Below are positions 49,868 to 62,368 of a stretch of DNA of 64,000 bases, in pieces. Origin of the DNA: Podarcis liolepis (taxonomy: Eukaryota). The translations under genes were made by a program, and so were the position numbers. The stretch lies in NCBI GenBank assembly GCA_965112155.1, contig OZ218107.1; one strand, 5' to 3'. The notes beneath the pieces are model-generated. The model saw only the letters and a list, made by a program, of their open reading frames with translations. It did not search any database and had not been told where the DNA came from. Numbering within the stretch: position 1 is the first letter of the stretch; every line of letters begins with the position of its first letter.

Positions 49868-50037
49868 CTCGGATGAACCTGAACGACGTGACGAAGCAGC
49901 AGCGCCTGAATTTGCTCAACAACATCGCCACAATCCTAGTCTTCATCATAGTCATCATCAACATCTTCATTACTGCTTTTGGTGTGCAGAAGACGGGTCT
50001 CTATCCTAGCATTTATGGTGGTCGGAGAATCTACTAA
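49868..50037 (+). CDS. NINJ2: Ninjurin-2 exon 3 coding part (ARMNLNDVTKQQRLNLLNNIATILVFIIVIINIFITAFGVQKTGLYPSIYGGRRIY*)
   Basis: ttcatag acceptor ending 49867, phase 1 matches exon 2. Second TM helix, TAA at 50035-50037. Exon continues to a GTAAGA donor at 50049. Total CDS 435 nt = 144 aa. Confidence 0.97.
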
Positions 50038-50330
50038 GCCTTGGAAGGGTAAGAAAAGAGTGAGTCTTATGCTTCCAGATTGGACAGATAAACACTCACC
50101 ATCCATTTTTGCCTATTTGGACATAGGATACTCCATCAATCATTATTCTTAGGCAGTTCATAAGTAATGAAGTGGGATGATGGCAGTTCTTCTCTCTTTC
50201 TCTCCCCCCCCCCCCATATGAAAAGGGTGGTTATCTCTAGGGAGACAGTTCCACAGCAGAGGAGTCTTATCCTTGTCACCATCAACAGTAAGATGCACAA
50301 CCTGCCTGAGCCTCTTGTTTTTCCTTGCAG

Positions 50331-51830
50331 GCTGGAGCACATGGTAGAAGATAGCTGGAATGCCTTTCCGTATAGCCTTATTGATCTCAGACTTGATGAT
50401 CCATTTAAGATACACAACTGCCTGGGTGAACCCTATTGCAAGTACATCAGTTGCTCCTTGTGGGCTACTTCTGCAACATGTTTACAGCTCTGAAGAGGTG
50501 AATAATTTTTCAGCTGATCTTGACAGCAGCCTCTCCTCATCTCAACCCATAATGATGTTTATCTCCTGTAATGGAGTAGTGGGGAATTTCAGGTCAGAGA
50601 GCCAAATGCAGCCCTCCAGGCCTTTCTCGGACTCTTCCCCAGGTTAGACTTCTTCCTCAGCCAAACACTCCTCTCTTCCCCAGCTTACATCACCCACTGG
50701 CCCTACTCTGCACCCTTTTTTCAGTGAGTGTAAGTAAAAACTAGCCTACCATACACATGGAAAAAAGTTCTTCTTTGTCTCTGACCCAGAAGGGACTGTA
50801 TGAAAAATGTTCCCAACCCCTGGTTGTAATGAGATTCCTCTGCAATTCAGAAGATTGCATTCAGCTAGAGCTTCCCAGCTCCCACCAGGAAAGGAGCAGC
50901 CCACAGTGATTCAACTTGATGTACTCCATCAATGGCAGCAGCAGTCAACGTAAGTGACAGGGACAACAGTATCAAAATAAAACATTGGAAGAGAATTACA
51001 AATGAGCACAATTGATAAGGGGCAGGTGCTAGGTCACTAGTTCAAATTTTGTCCAAGAGGTCACTAAGTTGTCAGATGAAGACAGATTTGCAAAGCAGGA
51101 GAAAAAAATGATTTAAGGCTGCAATCCTAACCACAACTGCCAAGAAGTCCTGCTGAATTCAGTGGGGCTTGCTGCCAGGGGAGTGGAGTTAGCATTGCAG
51201 ACCAAGCCATCTTGTATGAGCACACAGCATCCACCCAGAGAAGAGGCTGCCCACTGTGTTTCTTTTTGATTCACTGCTCTTGCTTGGCATCCACCTGAGC
51301 ATGAATTAATGTGGGATGCATGTCTCCGGATGAGACTTTGTTTCTGTGTTGTGTAATGGGATCAACTGCTCTCAGGGATGGGATGCAACAGAATGACTGG
51401 CCCCAAATAGTGACTCACACAGGAGCACAAGTTGTTGGCTCCTCTGAGGGTGGACAGTTATTACCCTAAAAGTAAGAATGAGAAGTGTACCTCCAGTTTT
51501 AGCTCAGAGAAGAGTCTGCCCCAGCTACTAAAACATTGAGAAATGCAATTATTAAATGAAAAGCATTATGTTACCCTGATCCAGTAATCAGTGGTGGTGC
51601 AGAGGCTCTGATGCAACTAGCTGAAACTCCTGTTATTTTGCTGGAGCTCCTGATTAGCCAAGATTCCCACAGTGTCTATGTTTTGCCCAAGCAGGAGAGG
51701 TAATTCCACACACAGAGGTTCATTGTACTTAGTCCTGCTCCTCCACGAGTGTAAATTGTTATGTAAAACTGCTTAGTTTTTTGCAATTAAGCTGTATACA
51801 AATTGTTATTTAAATAAAATAAAAAGTGTA
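50331..51830 (+). other. NINJ2: NINJ2 terminal non-coding exon 4 (3' UTR), end uncertain
   Basis: Strong acceptor cttgtttttccttgcag ending 50330. AATAAA at 50976, at 51813/51818 (followed by a GT/T-rich tract) and near 51915. Ninjurin genes have a UTR-only last exon. Confidence 0.6.
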
Positions 51831-52145
51831 TTTTTTGTGTGTGTGCACACACACAAAATGTATAAAACTAGGATCATAGTTGAAATACAGACCATCAGCT
51901 TGCATGTGGCAAAAAATAAATTGCATTATAAACCTCTGCTGGTGGCAATAATACTATGCATAGTAATGCAAAGCATTTTAAAGCTGTACAAGTTAACCTT
52001 GATTTTTGTAAACAGTGCATTGCTTCTGAAAGTTATTCCCATGCTGTCCTTAGCCACTCTTACAATATTTTATAAAGGACTTGCAATTTTGTCATCCCAC
52101 TTAGAACTGGTGCATCTTTTGCACATTCCAACTATTTGCTTTCTC

Positions 52146-52155
52146 TTTATTTATT
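52146..52155 (-). terminator. Candidate B4GALNT3 poly(A) signals (overlapping AATAAA x2)
   Basis: TTTATTTATT on + strand about 2.7 kb beyond the stop codon. Positional inference only. Confidence 0.4.
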
Positions 52156-54391
52156 AAAGTATATTTTATCCAAAGGTGTGGCTTGGTCTGTATATCAAAT
52201 TACTCAATGCAGACTGTGAATGAAAATCTTAAGCACTAAACATCTTTCTTTTATATCCTTTTATAGAATAGTACATAGCTACCCAGATACAGAAGAGGAG
52301 ACAGATCCCATATGCAAAAATTTCACATTAGATTGGTCCACTTTGCAGGCAGGCATTTGAGGGTCAGAAAAAGACACCACACACATTTTCTGTAAGGAAT
52401 CTGTATTTGTAAACGGAGGCACTTATGCTTCCTCTTGCAAGTAAGAAAAGGTTTGGGACTCATCAATAAGGCACACATTTCAGTTTAAATATACCAAAGA
52501 ACATTTCAGATATTCACACAAGCTATAAAAGGTGTAGAGGTACTTCAGTGAAGGTGACATTGATGACACTGGAACAAACAAACAATAGATTCATACAGGT
52601 AAGTCCTTTCAGCATAGGCCCTTAGAATTTCCTTCTTTGACTTCATAGCAAAACCCAATCCTGATACACACATCCAACGTTTGATGTTTATGTATCTGTG
52701 TGTCACCAAGTCAAAGAGATATTATTGAATCAATGAAATCAATGAAATCTGCACACATTTAAACAGGATTAAATAATAGTTCTGAAGAAAGAGGTTTACT
52801 TTGTTTTTAAATTGGGTTGGGGGAAGCACTGACCCACAGGCCAACCCACATCCTCCTTTCCTTGCCTCATCCCCTCCTTCTCCACACTGAGGCTTGAAAA
52901 ACTATAATAATTTTATGCTGCGTGGGGGTGGGGTTACAGTGGGTGAAGAAAGAGTTAAAAAAAGAAAGGAGTCTGGAAACTCATATGTTTCCAGAGACAG
53001 AAAATGCCATTCCCATTATCATTTGGCACACATACACACACACACACTTTAATCCACCTGCATCAATGAACCAACTCAGCTCCTCATTTTACACACAGCT
53101 GTTACCCATTTTGTGTGACCTGCTTTAAGGACTGGTTTGTTTCCTGAAGGTGTCAGGCCCAAATCTGACTTCCAATTTGCACAACTTCTTGCCACTCCTT
53201 CCAAACCTGCAGCGTAGATACCTCATTTTCTTACATATTTTCTGATGCAAGCACATACCTGGTCTTCATACATAATCAGTACCAAAACGTAGTAACAAAA
53301 CCATAACTTTAATTTATCAATTAATTTTACAAAATATATCTTGTCCTTCAAAAAAGATTATTTCCCCTGCCTCAGGGTGACTTGGAGCACATTAAGATCA
53401 GAGTACAAACCAACCAACATTAAAACGACAAAATAAATAGAAGGGGTGGGAGGACAGTGTATAAAAGCTATTGAACTCAATGGGACTTCTAAAATATATG
53501 CCCAGGATTGCACTGTAAATGAGGGATGGGAACCTTTGGCCCTTCAGATGTTGTTAGAACTCCAACTGATCAGCAGGGCCAGTTGTCAGGGATCAGCGTT
53601 TCCCAAACTTGGGTGTCCAGCTTGTTTTGGACTACAGTTCCCATCATCCCTAACCACTGGTCCTGCTAGGTAGGGATGAAGGCAGTTGTAGCCCAACAAC
53701 ATCTGGGAGGCCACAGTTTCCTAATCCCTGCTGTAAATTAATCTCTTGAGTGCTAGGCTATTCAAGGGTTGTTGTCTCAAGTTCATATTTCCAGTTCCCT
53801 GTTTTCCCCATTTCATATGACTGTCAGGATAAACACAATTCTGTGCCAAAAACCTATCTCAAGTCCTAACAGGGTTTTGACTCAGCTTAATGGTAAGAGA
53901 GAGAGAGAGAGAGAGGCTGCTTATTGAGAAATACAGATGCAGGCAAGCCACAAGGTGAAGGCTTCAACATAATTCTTTTTGCTGTACCTGAGCAGAGCAC
54001 AATGTGCATTAAGTGAGGAGAAGAATCCGCTAGGCCCCTTTAGTATGTCCTGACTGGGTTTATGTACAGGTATTCAGACACAGCCCACATATCAGAGTGA
54101 CTTTGGTCCAAAGGCATGGATTTCAGGACACAGTTTTTGTTCAAGTATCTCAAAAAAGGAAGCATCATTAAAAACAACTCGCACTACACATAACGAGGCT
54201 ATATTCCTCTTTCTAACACACTGTGGAAGGCACTCCTTTTCATTTGTACCCGTTGACCAGAGAACTGTGGCATTACTGATGCTTCTAAGAAGTGAAAGCA
54301 TTTCAGTAAAACCTTGGAAGAAGTAGGAAGGCACCACAAAGAGAGGCTTTTGAGGCAGAGGGATGATGCAGGGGAAGAGGAAAGGGGAAGG

Positions 54392-54578
54392 GTTATAGCT
54401 TGGTGGGAGAGCACTTGCTTTTTATGCAGAAGGTCCCATGTTCAATCTGCGGCATTTCCAGGTAGGGCTGACAATGTTTCCTGCTTGAAGCCCTGGAGAG
54501 CCGCTGCCAGTCAGTGCAGACAATACTGGGCTAAGATGGACCAATTGGTCTGACGTAGAGGAAGGCAGCTTCCTATGT
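54392..54578 (+). mobile_element. tRNA-derived SINE with CR1-like tail (abundant family)
   Basis: tagcttggtgggagagcac..atgcagaaggtccc..ggttcaat head and ctgac..aaggcagcttcctatg tail. Further copies near 1370, 3745, 4628(-), 18280(-), 30340, 39010(-), 56965 and 60690. Confidence 0.85.
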
Positions 54579-54849
54579 GTGCTTTTTGCATCCCAGAAGT
54601 GCATCTGTGACATGCTGGTGAGAAAGTTTGGTTTTGTGCTCTTAAAAAGATCGCTTGTCGTGGATGTAAGACACTAGAGGTAGCATCGTTTTCTTCCCAT
54701 TTTCATTTTTCTCACAAGATTAAAGCTCTCAGTTCTGCGCCTCAACTTATTTTCTCATAACGCCTAAATTAATATTCTGACTTCTGTAGTACTAGAATCT
54801 TCTCCTCGACATGCCTGGATAAAGTCTGCACTGCGAGTGCAAATGTTCA

Positions 54850-54955
54850 TCACATCTTCAGCTGCCGTCGGTTCCACATGCCCCGCTTGGAGTGGAAATG
54901 GTGGAAGAAGTTTCTGAGGGAGAGTCGTTCCACCTCCAGGCCAGCCTGAAAGATC
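54850..54955 (-). CDS. B4GALNT3: B4GALNT3 last coding exon ([34 protein letters not shown])
   Basis: Polypyrimidine tract plus cacag acceptor. Conserved [13 protein letters not shown] at 54850-54852 followed by a second TGA. Confidence 0.97.
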
Positions 54956-55481
54956 CTGTGGGAGGAGAGGGAAGGAGAGAGATTGGAACGAGAGGCTAAC
55001 TAGAACTGCCTGCTTCTGTGAAGCTTGGATTGGGAGGGTGGGGGAATCTTTAAAGCACCATGGGCCAGGTCTTTATCAGGATCAGGACTCTAAGCTCTGA
55101 TTAAGCAAGTGATCAGGAGGGTGGGAAGTTGGGACAGGAATGGCAGCCACAGGAAACTACCCCTCCAACTAAGAGTAAGGGGGACCCTTCAGTGGCAGTG
55201 GGTTTTTATTGGACCAATGGGACTTACTTGTGAGTGAATATATAAGATTGCTCTGTTTGCGTGTAGGAGGAAGTTTTTTACGAGGATGAAACTTAGTGCT
55301 TAATAGCGGTTTGGTTAATTGCTTTTATTTGCTAGTTGTTCCACATTGTGCTTTCCCCCTTAGACTTCATCCATCATTACTGAGCTAGATGAACCAATGG
55401 TCTTATTCAATATAAGGCAGCTTCCTATGTTCCTATGAGAAGAGAACCCAAAGCCAGTTGCTGCTACACATCTTCACTCAC

Positions 55482-55608
55482 CGGTCCAGGAGTTCCCAGT
55501 CCTCTCCTCCCCACTTTTCCCCAAAGTCTCTGGTGTTCATGCCTCCAACGCGAACTAGATCTGACTTGTATATACCCAGGAGGCCAAAGCCGTTCACTTC
55601 CCAGTAGC
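55482..55608 (-). CDS. B4GALNT3: B4GALNT3 exon ([43 protein letters not shown])
   Basis: tttcatag acceptor, CG|GTGAGT donor, 127 bp, GT7 catalytic WGGED motif. Confidence 0.97.
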
Positions 55609-55735
55609 CTATGAAAGCGAAAGACAAAAGCATCAGCCACATCTACATGGTTTATTAGTAAAAAATAAAGTTCCCAGACTAACCTGTGGCACCCACTGGT
55701 CCAGACATGTAACAGATTAATAGGGAAAGATCCAA

Positions 55736-55786
<51 letters not shown>

Positions 55787-56297
55787 AATGAGTTGCAGCC
55801 ACTCTTCATTGGGAAGTAATAGGATGCTGGAATGAAGAACTTCAGGACTTGGGGGTGGGGGGCCTAACTGCAGTCCTCATGAATCTCCCCAAGCCAAACC
55901 CCTCACTGATCCCTGCTTTGCACCCTCCCTGAATGGTTTTGCCTGGCAGGCATGTGTCCTGGAATTCTGATACTGCCTCCTGCTTGCCTGGAAGGAGGGT
56001 AGAGGAATGTATGATTATGCATAAAAAGTAGCCAACTAAGGAAAGTACTGTACATTCTTTCCCCCACCCACTTTTGCCTCTCCCCACCCCAAGGCCACCA
56101 CTAGCACATAGGCCCTAGGAAGTTGCCCAGAAGGGACTGCTGACTTTGGGCTGAGAAAGATTCCACCAAACTTGCTATACAGAATATTTTCCTTGTCTGT
56201 GCTAGACCTTCCCCCCTCTGTTATGAAACCGCTGTTTTAACCATCTCTACAAGGCTAAACTATGAACTGCAGAAAAATGTGATAATGAGGAAGAAAG

Positions 56298-56400
56298 ATC
56301 ATAGAATCATAGAATAGAATCATAGAATCATAGAGTTGGAAGAGACCACAAGGGCCATCGAGTCCAACCCCCTGCCAAGCAGGAAACACCATCAGAGCAC
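56298..56400 (-). mobile_element. CR1 3' terminus with (ATTCTATG)n tail
   Basis: atcatagaatcatagaatagaatcatagaatcatagagttggaagagacc on + strand. Confidence 0.85.
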
Positions 56401-56463
56401 CAAAGATGCCCAGAATAATACGGGTTTTATGCAAAAAAACCCCTCCTCCCTGCAGCACCTCAC

Positions 56464-56617
56464 CATCAGGCCATTTTGGGGATGCGCCACAGTGGAGCCT
56501 CATAACCATGGGTGCAAAGGCCATTTTCCCTTCCACACAGTGCTTCCGAATGGAGTCAATGATCCCTGACGGGAAATGGATGTGAAGATCACACAGGAAA
56601 ATGATGCTGTGTGAATC
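56464..56617 (-). CDS. B4GALNT3: B4GALNT3 exon ([51 protein letters not shown])
   Basis: ttacag acceptor, G|GTGAG donor, 154 bp, DLH metal-binding motif. Confidence 0.97.
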
Positions 56618-57031
56618 CTGTAATTGAGAAACGGAGCAGTCAGGTCGTTATCCACAGTACACTCATGCATTTGGGGAAAGGCTCACAGAAACGCCCATTC
56701 AAGGAAGATGCAAACATCACATATCATCATGCAACACCCTCCAGCTCCAAGACAGCTTCTTATATGCAGAACAAACCTGTCAGATACCTGAATTTTATTT
56801 TTTATTTTTTTTGTGTGTGTGTGTGTAAAGAGTTTCCACTACTATAGGCAGACTTTTTTTATGGATGAACCACTCTTTCAGTTAGAAAGATGAACCCAAA
56901 TGTTCAACCTACATCTACTTCCATGTGGTTTATGTTCATTCAGCCATAGAACATCTTGCCTTACCTGCAGAAGGCCCCAATCCCTATCATCTCCAGATAA
57001 GACTTGGATTATCCCACCTGAAACCCTAGAG

Positions 57032-57167
57032 CAGTGTTTCTCGACCTTGGGTCCCCAGATGTTGTTGGACTACAACTCCCATCATCCCTGAGCTCTGGCC
57101 TTGCTAACTAGGGATGATGGGAGTTGTAGTCCCAAAACATCTGTGGACCCAAAGTTGAGAAAGGCTG
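57032..57167. mobile_element. Palindromic hAT MITE inserted into a SINE
   Basis: 8-bp TSD ccctagag/ccgtagag. Related and partly nested copies at 53520-53730 and 57410-57508. Confidence 0.88.
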
Positions 57168-57529
57168 CCGTAGAGAGTCAGAGCAGGCAAGGCTGATTCC
57201 CCCCACCCCAACCCACTCTTTAGCATTCCATCAGAGCAAATGTCAATTCAGGTTTTCTGCAGATTGACATTTGCTCCAATTGAGTGCCACAGAGCTGGTT
57301 TTCATAGAGAAAGCCCCAAAGCAAAGAAAACCTTATACTAAACCCCTTTCAATCATTCCGAAGCCACCTAACATTCGGCAGCTGAGGTGCTTTAGCTCAG
57401 CCTTCCCTAGCTTGCTGCCTTTCATACACTATGGACCACAACTCCCATTACCATCAGCCAGCATGGCCAGTGGTCAGGGGGGATGGGAGTTGTAGTTCAC
57501 AACATCTGCCCTAGCCAGCTATCACTCAC

Positions 57530-57602
57530 CTTCACCAGGTTTATCCCAGCCTGCAGGCCTGCAGAGCGCTGAAAGTTCCCCGTTAACCGCAAATATTGGT
57601 AC
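57530..57602 (-). CDS. B4GALNT3: B4GALNT3 exon ([25 protein letters not shown])
   Basis: cttgtcttcag acceptor, AAG|GTGAGT donor, 73 bp. Not in the ORF track; translated by hand. Confidence 0.95.
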
Positions 57603-57639
57603 CTGAAGACAAGAAATGGGTTATATTTTTACAGACAAA

Positions 57640-58003
57640 GTAAGGCTTTGTAAGGTTCTACACTTAGGCAGGAAGAATCAGCTGCACAAATATAAGATGG
57701 GGGATTCCTGGCTTTCCAGTAGTATGTGTGAAAAGGATCTAGGGGTTGTAGTAGACCACAAGCTGATGCAGCAGCAAAACCAGTTAATGCTATTCTAGGC
57801 TGCAACAACAGAAGTATATGGTAAAAGAGTTGTTTGACAGTGGAACAGACTCCCTCAGGAGGTGGTGGACTCTCCTTCATTGGAGGTTTAAAAGCAGAGG
57901 TTGGGTGGCCATCTAGCATACATGCATTAGTTGAGATTCCTGCATTGCTGGGGGTTGGAATAGATGACCTTCAAAGTCCCTTCCAACTCTAAGATTCTAT
58001 GAG
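57640..58003 (+). mobile_element. CR1 LINE 3' fragment with internal deletion
   Basis: CKVLHLGRKNQLHKYKMGD..EKDLGVVVDH joined to a CR1 3' UTR and tail gattctatga. Confidence 0.88.
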
Positions 58004-58486
58004 TAAGGATTATTATTATTGTATACGTCCCTTATATGCTTCAAATATGCAGGCCCGTGTTCCTGTTCGCAAATGCAAAAGATCTGCTCTCACTGTTAGG
58101 ATATAGTTCTGTTCCACCTTAAAAGGAATAGGCATGACTGTTGTGTGTCACATGCCTGTTTACTTCCAGCACAGGCTTGCTGGGAACTTCCGTTTGTATA
58201 TTGCTTTTGCTATACTGCTGTATGCTTCGACACGAAGGGAAGCAGACATGTTTTCCTTTGTTCCTGAACTATGATGAATAAACTCCTGTAAATAATGCTT
58301 TCACATGTCTCTGTCCGCCACTTCTGTTGTGAAGATTTATTCACTCTGCTGATAGAGCGTGCCAAGCCTCTAAAGGTATCTGAGGCTTGTGTTTCTGATT
58401 GATGCTGTTCCGGCTGCTGGCCGGTGGCTGGAGCCAGCTGGGGGGCACCTGATGCCCCGTCTCCTCGGCAGCATCCCAACACTCAC

Positions 58487-58640
58487 CTGCGTAATGAGGA
58501 CTTTTTCAGAGCCTTTTCTACATCCATATCGTCACTGCTGTAGTCTGTGATGATGACGTTGAAATAGGGGTCCTTAGTAACCCTGAACAGCTCTTCCATG
58601 TCAGAAATGAACTGTAGCACCCAACGTGCCTGGTTTTTCA
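58487..58640 (-). CDS. B4GALNT3: B4GALNT3 exon ([51 protein letters not shown])
   Basis: aaacag acceptor, AG|GTGAGT donor, 154 bp, conserved VKNQARWV motif. Confidence 0.96.
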
Positions 58641-58867
58641 CTGTTTGGCACCGGGAACAAAGAGAAGAACAGAATGAGGGCAAAGTTGGTTTTGTGTCCC
58701 AAGGGGGCAAGACACACACATACACAATTTTCTTCCTGTTCTAGTAAACAGGGGCATGGCTCTATATGCAATTGCTGACACCTCTAACACGAGACTAGAT
58801 GGAATACAGTCTGACGCAATAGAAGGCTGCTCATCATATCCCTATTCAGCTACAGATGCAAATGCAG

Positions 58868-58950
58868 CTGCTTCCAGAGGAGCAGCCATGTCAGCCTGCT
58901 GCAGCAAAATATATGAAGTCTTGTGGCAGCTTAAGAGCTTACTAATTTAT
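58868..58950. mobile_element. Penelope-like terminal repeat remnant
   Basis: gcagccatgtcagcctg..gcagcaaaa..gtcttgtggcagcttaaga. Similar remnant at ~44025-44097. Confidence 0.5.
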
Positions 58951-59852
58951 CAAATACAGATATACAGCATCATTGCTATACAGCAAACAAAGAGGTGCAG
59001 TGAAGATAATGAAGCAGTTTGCTCAGAGGAAAGCAGGTATGCTTTCCTGGATCAGTCTTTCACTGACCAGTTTGTATTGTCCAACTATAGGCAGAGTCTT
59101 TAGTGGGCTATCTAGGCCAATATCAGGAAAAAAATTGCTAGGCTTCATGATTTAATTCTCTAAATAGTATAGCTCTATGATACTGTGGCATCAGCCCAGG
59201 GCTGTGAGTGCAAAATAATTATCCAAATTGATTCTGCGCTAAGGGAACTCAAGTTCTGTGACAAAAGCTAAGAACAAATTGTCCAAATTAAGCATGTTTT
59301 CACTACTTCCTTCCTTTTGCAATAGATATTCTGCTCTTTATTTTGGAAAAAAATGCACACACAAATAATCATATATATTATATGGTTTCAATAGTTATGA
59401 GGACTGTGAGGAGTTCAGTACCTAGACACTCCATCCCTTGACCAGTAGAATTTTTCTGGAGGAAAACCTCTGCTTAGCTCCTTTCATGTATAACTTAAAA
59501 CCAAAACAAAGCAAAACAAAACACCAACACAGCTGTGGAGTTCTTAGGATGCTGGATTCTTAGAGCCAAAGCCCACACCTATGGCTTTTCTGTGCTCCTG
59601 TGAAACACACTTATCACACATCCTTTAGTTCGACGGATGTTACCTAAAACTGGAGCTAAATATGATGACCGATTCTGTTTTAGTACCTTAAGATGGATAT
59701 TTTGTCCTAGGAGAATTTTAGTATATGTGACAATTTAAGATACATGAAACAAAATGCTGTGTCTTTCTTCCGGAAATCTAAGAAAGAGCATGGGGCATTA
59801 ACCAGGCACTGAGAGTTAGAAGAAGAAAAATTAAGGTTGCCAGATGGGAATG

Positions 59853-60183
59853 TAAAAAAAAAAAGGTAAACAACACCTGGATGCTTAAGTCCAGTCAAAA
59901 GCAATTATGGGGTTGTGGTGCTCATCTCGCTTTCAGGCCGAGGGAGCCAGCATTTGTCCACAGATAGCTTGCCAGGTCATGTGGCCAGCATGACTAAACT
60001 GCTTTTGGTGCAATGGAACACCGTGATGGAACCAAGAGCACACAAAAACACCATTTACCTTCTCGTCACAGCAGTACCTATTTATCTGCTTGCACTGGTA
60101 TGCTTTTGAACTGCTAGGTTGGCAGGAGCTAGGACAGAGCAATGGGAGCTCAGTGGTTTAGACCACAGCGCCACCTGCGTCCC
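59853..60183 (-). mobile_element. Sauria SINE with internal deletion
   Basis: Same core and head as the other copies. Flanked by AGATGGGAA direct repeats at 59842 and 60184. Confidence 0.88.
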
Positions 60184-60377
60184 AGATGGGAACTAAAAAT
60201 ACTGTTCTATAATGTAGGATATAACATACAAACTCAGAGGGAAATTATGGTTGAGACTTTTCATCTCCCTGATATAGCACCTCTACCAGGTGAAGTACAG
60301 GTGGCAGAAGCCTAAATCCCATCATTCTCCATTGCAGCTATTTTGACAAGATCATAAAGCTATCACATCCCCCTTAC

Positions 60378-60673
60378 CTGGCACTATGAAGTGGACAACG
60401 GCACGATGGTTCCAGGAAAAGCCTGCTGGCCAGCACAGGGCTGGCTCAGTTTTTCTGGCCAACAAGTGGCGCTGGCGGCCCCATGCCAGATCCTTCATAA
60501 TACCCTCCTCCTCACCGCTGCTGCTACCATGCCAGTCCCGTGCAAATACGTATTCTGAGAAACGGACAATGCGCTTATCCCGTGCCACCAGCTCCAGCTC
60601 CAGAAGGTAGCGGCTGCCTCGCAGGTGGTCCTGCCGCTTCTCTACATTGACGACGCGCAGCAGCTGGAATCTC
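60378..60673 (-). CDS. B4GALNT3: B4GALNT3 exon ([28 protein letters not shown]...VVHFIVP)
   Basis: atttcag acceptor and CCAG|GTAAG donor, 296 bp, phases 2/1 match neighbouring exons. Confidence 0.96.
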
Positions 60674-60689
60674 CTGAAATTGGCATGAA

Positions 60690-60850
60690 GGGCCACAGCT
60701 CAGTGGCAGAGCAGATGTGTTGCATGCAGAAGGTGCCATGTTCAAGCCCTGGCGTCTCCAGGGATTGGCCTGGGAACATTCCCAGTTTGAACACTTGGGA
60801 AGCCCCTGCCTATGCAGACAAGACTGAGCTGGATGGAGCAATGGTATAAG
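60690..60850 (+). mobile_element. tRNA-derived SINE abutting a B4GALNT3 3' splice site
   Basis: gggccacagctcagtggcagagca..atgcagaagg..gttcaagccctgg head, same family as 54392. Confidence 0.85.
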
Positions 60851-62368
60851 GTGTCCTCCTATTATACAAAGGAATTGTGTCTTCCTGTGTATGGCTACTA
60901 ACTGTGATGGCTATGCTCAATGTCAGAGATGCCTCTGCCTCTGAACACCAATTGCTAGGAATTGCAGGTTTGGCTTAGAGATATTGAGTTGCGTATTATT
61001 TTGGTATTGTAAATATCATTTAAGAAGGTGTTGAATTTCTTGTACAATGAATTTTTGGAAACCACATACAGAGTTATTTAGTTTGTGATATACTTCTCTG
61101 TAAGTGGAATTGAGCTTTGTGGAGGAATTGCAGGTCGGCAGAGTGCTGTTGTGCTCAGGTCCGGCTTGCAGGCTTCCCACACACAACTGGCTGGCCAGTG
61201 TGAGAACAGGATGCTGCGTTAGATGGGCTATTGGCCTGATCCAGCAGGCTTTTCTAATGCAGCACCACGTTTGCTCACCAGGTTCTTAGGCCGTGTCTGA
61301 CCAAGCACCAGGTCCACAGGCCTGATGCACAAAACATTTGCACTGTTACCCTTTGCCTAATTTTTGTTTTCACTGCAAGAGATCAGCCAATGTTTTCCCC
61401 CCAACTATGTTCAGCCACCAGCCCTTTCAAAACTAAAATAAAAATGGCAAGTTCCGTAACAAGACAAGACAACTCCTACCTCCCAAACAAACTTGTCTCA
61501 TATCCTGCAGTGGTCTTCAACCAGTCCAGACCCAAGGCCCACCGCAGATTCCCAACCTGTAGTGTTGACAGCCCCCTTTCAGCCCTTCCCTGCTTTGCAA
61601 CCATCCCATACTGACCATAGACCACTGGGCTTGTCAAGAGACTAGGACCAAGCATTGGCCAGGTCTACCCAGCTGTCCCTAAACTGACTCCCTCTAGAAG
61701 TTGTCTGACTCCATCAGCGCCAGACAATGTGGCCGGTGGTCAGGGATGATGAGAGCTGGGGCCCTGCAGAATCTGGAGGGCACCTGCTGAGGGGAGACTG
61801 GTCCAGCCCTACCCAGCTGAAGGTCAGCACCCTGGACTGAACTCCTTGTAACTCCACCCTCTAGCTATTGACTCTGTTGATGCAGAGAGGAAGGTATCAC
61901 AGCTCAGTGGTGTAGTGGTTAGTGTCAGAGTAGGACCTGAGAGACCAGGGTTCAAATTCCCACTTGGTCATGGGTGACCATGGGCCAGTCACTGCCTCTC
62001 AGCCTCACAGGGTTGTTGTGGGGATTAAATGAGGAGGTAGAGAATCATGTACACCACTTTGAGCTCCTTGAGTGAAAAGGTGTGATATAAATGCAGTGAA
62101 TTAAAAAAAGGTTCCAAGTTTAAGTCTGTGGCACTCAGTATGACAGTGAAAATAACAAAAGATAAAGACCAGATGAAATCAGAGCTCGTTCCTAGCTCCC
62201 CAAGACTACAGACAAACATATCCAAGCATCCCTTTTAAGGATGAAGAGTGACTCAGTCCTCATTTCACAATGAGATCTGACAGCGTTTCTAGCTACCTAT
62301 CCAGACCCAAAGAGTCTGTTCCATGCTGCAGTTGCCAGAGAGAGTCTGAAAGGTGACTTTTGGCTTAC

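Noticed and set aside
46653-50037. Assignment as NINJ1
   Set aside because: The ATKKSVAESMLDVALFM motif, 11-aa first exon, very long intron 1 and tail-to-tail position with B4GALNT3 all indicate NINJ2.
54392-54460. tRNA genes (also near 34962, 60690, 63824)
   Set aside because: Degenerate tRNA-like heads that continue into SINE bodies and do not fold into full cloverleaves.
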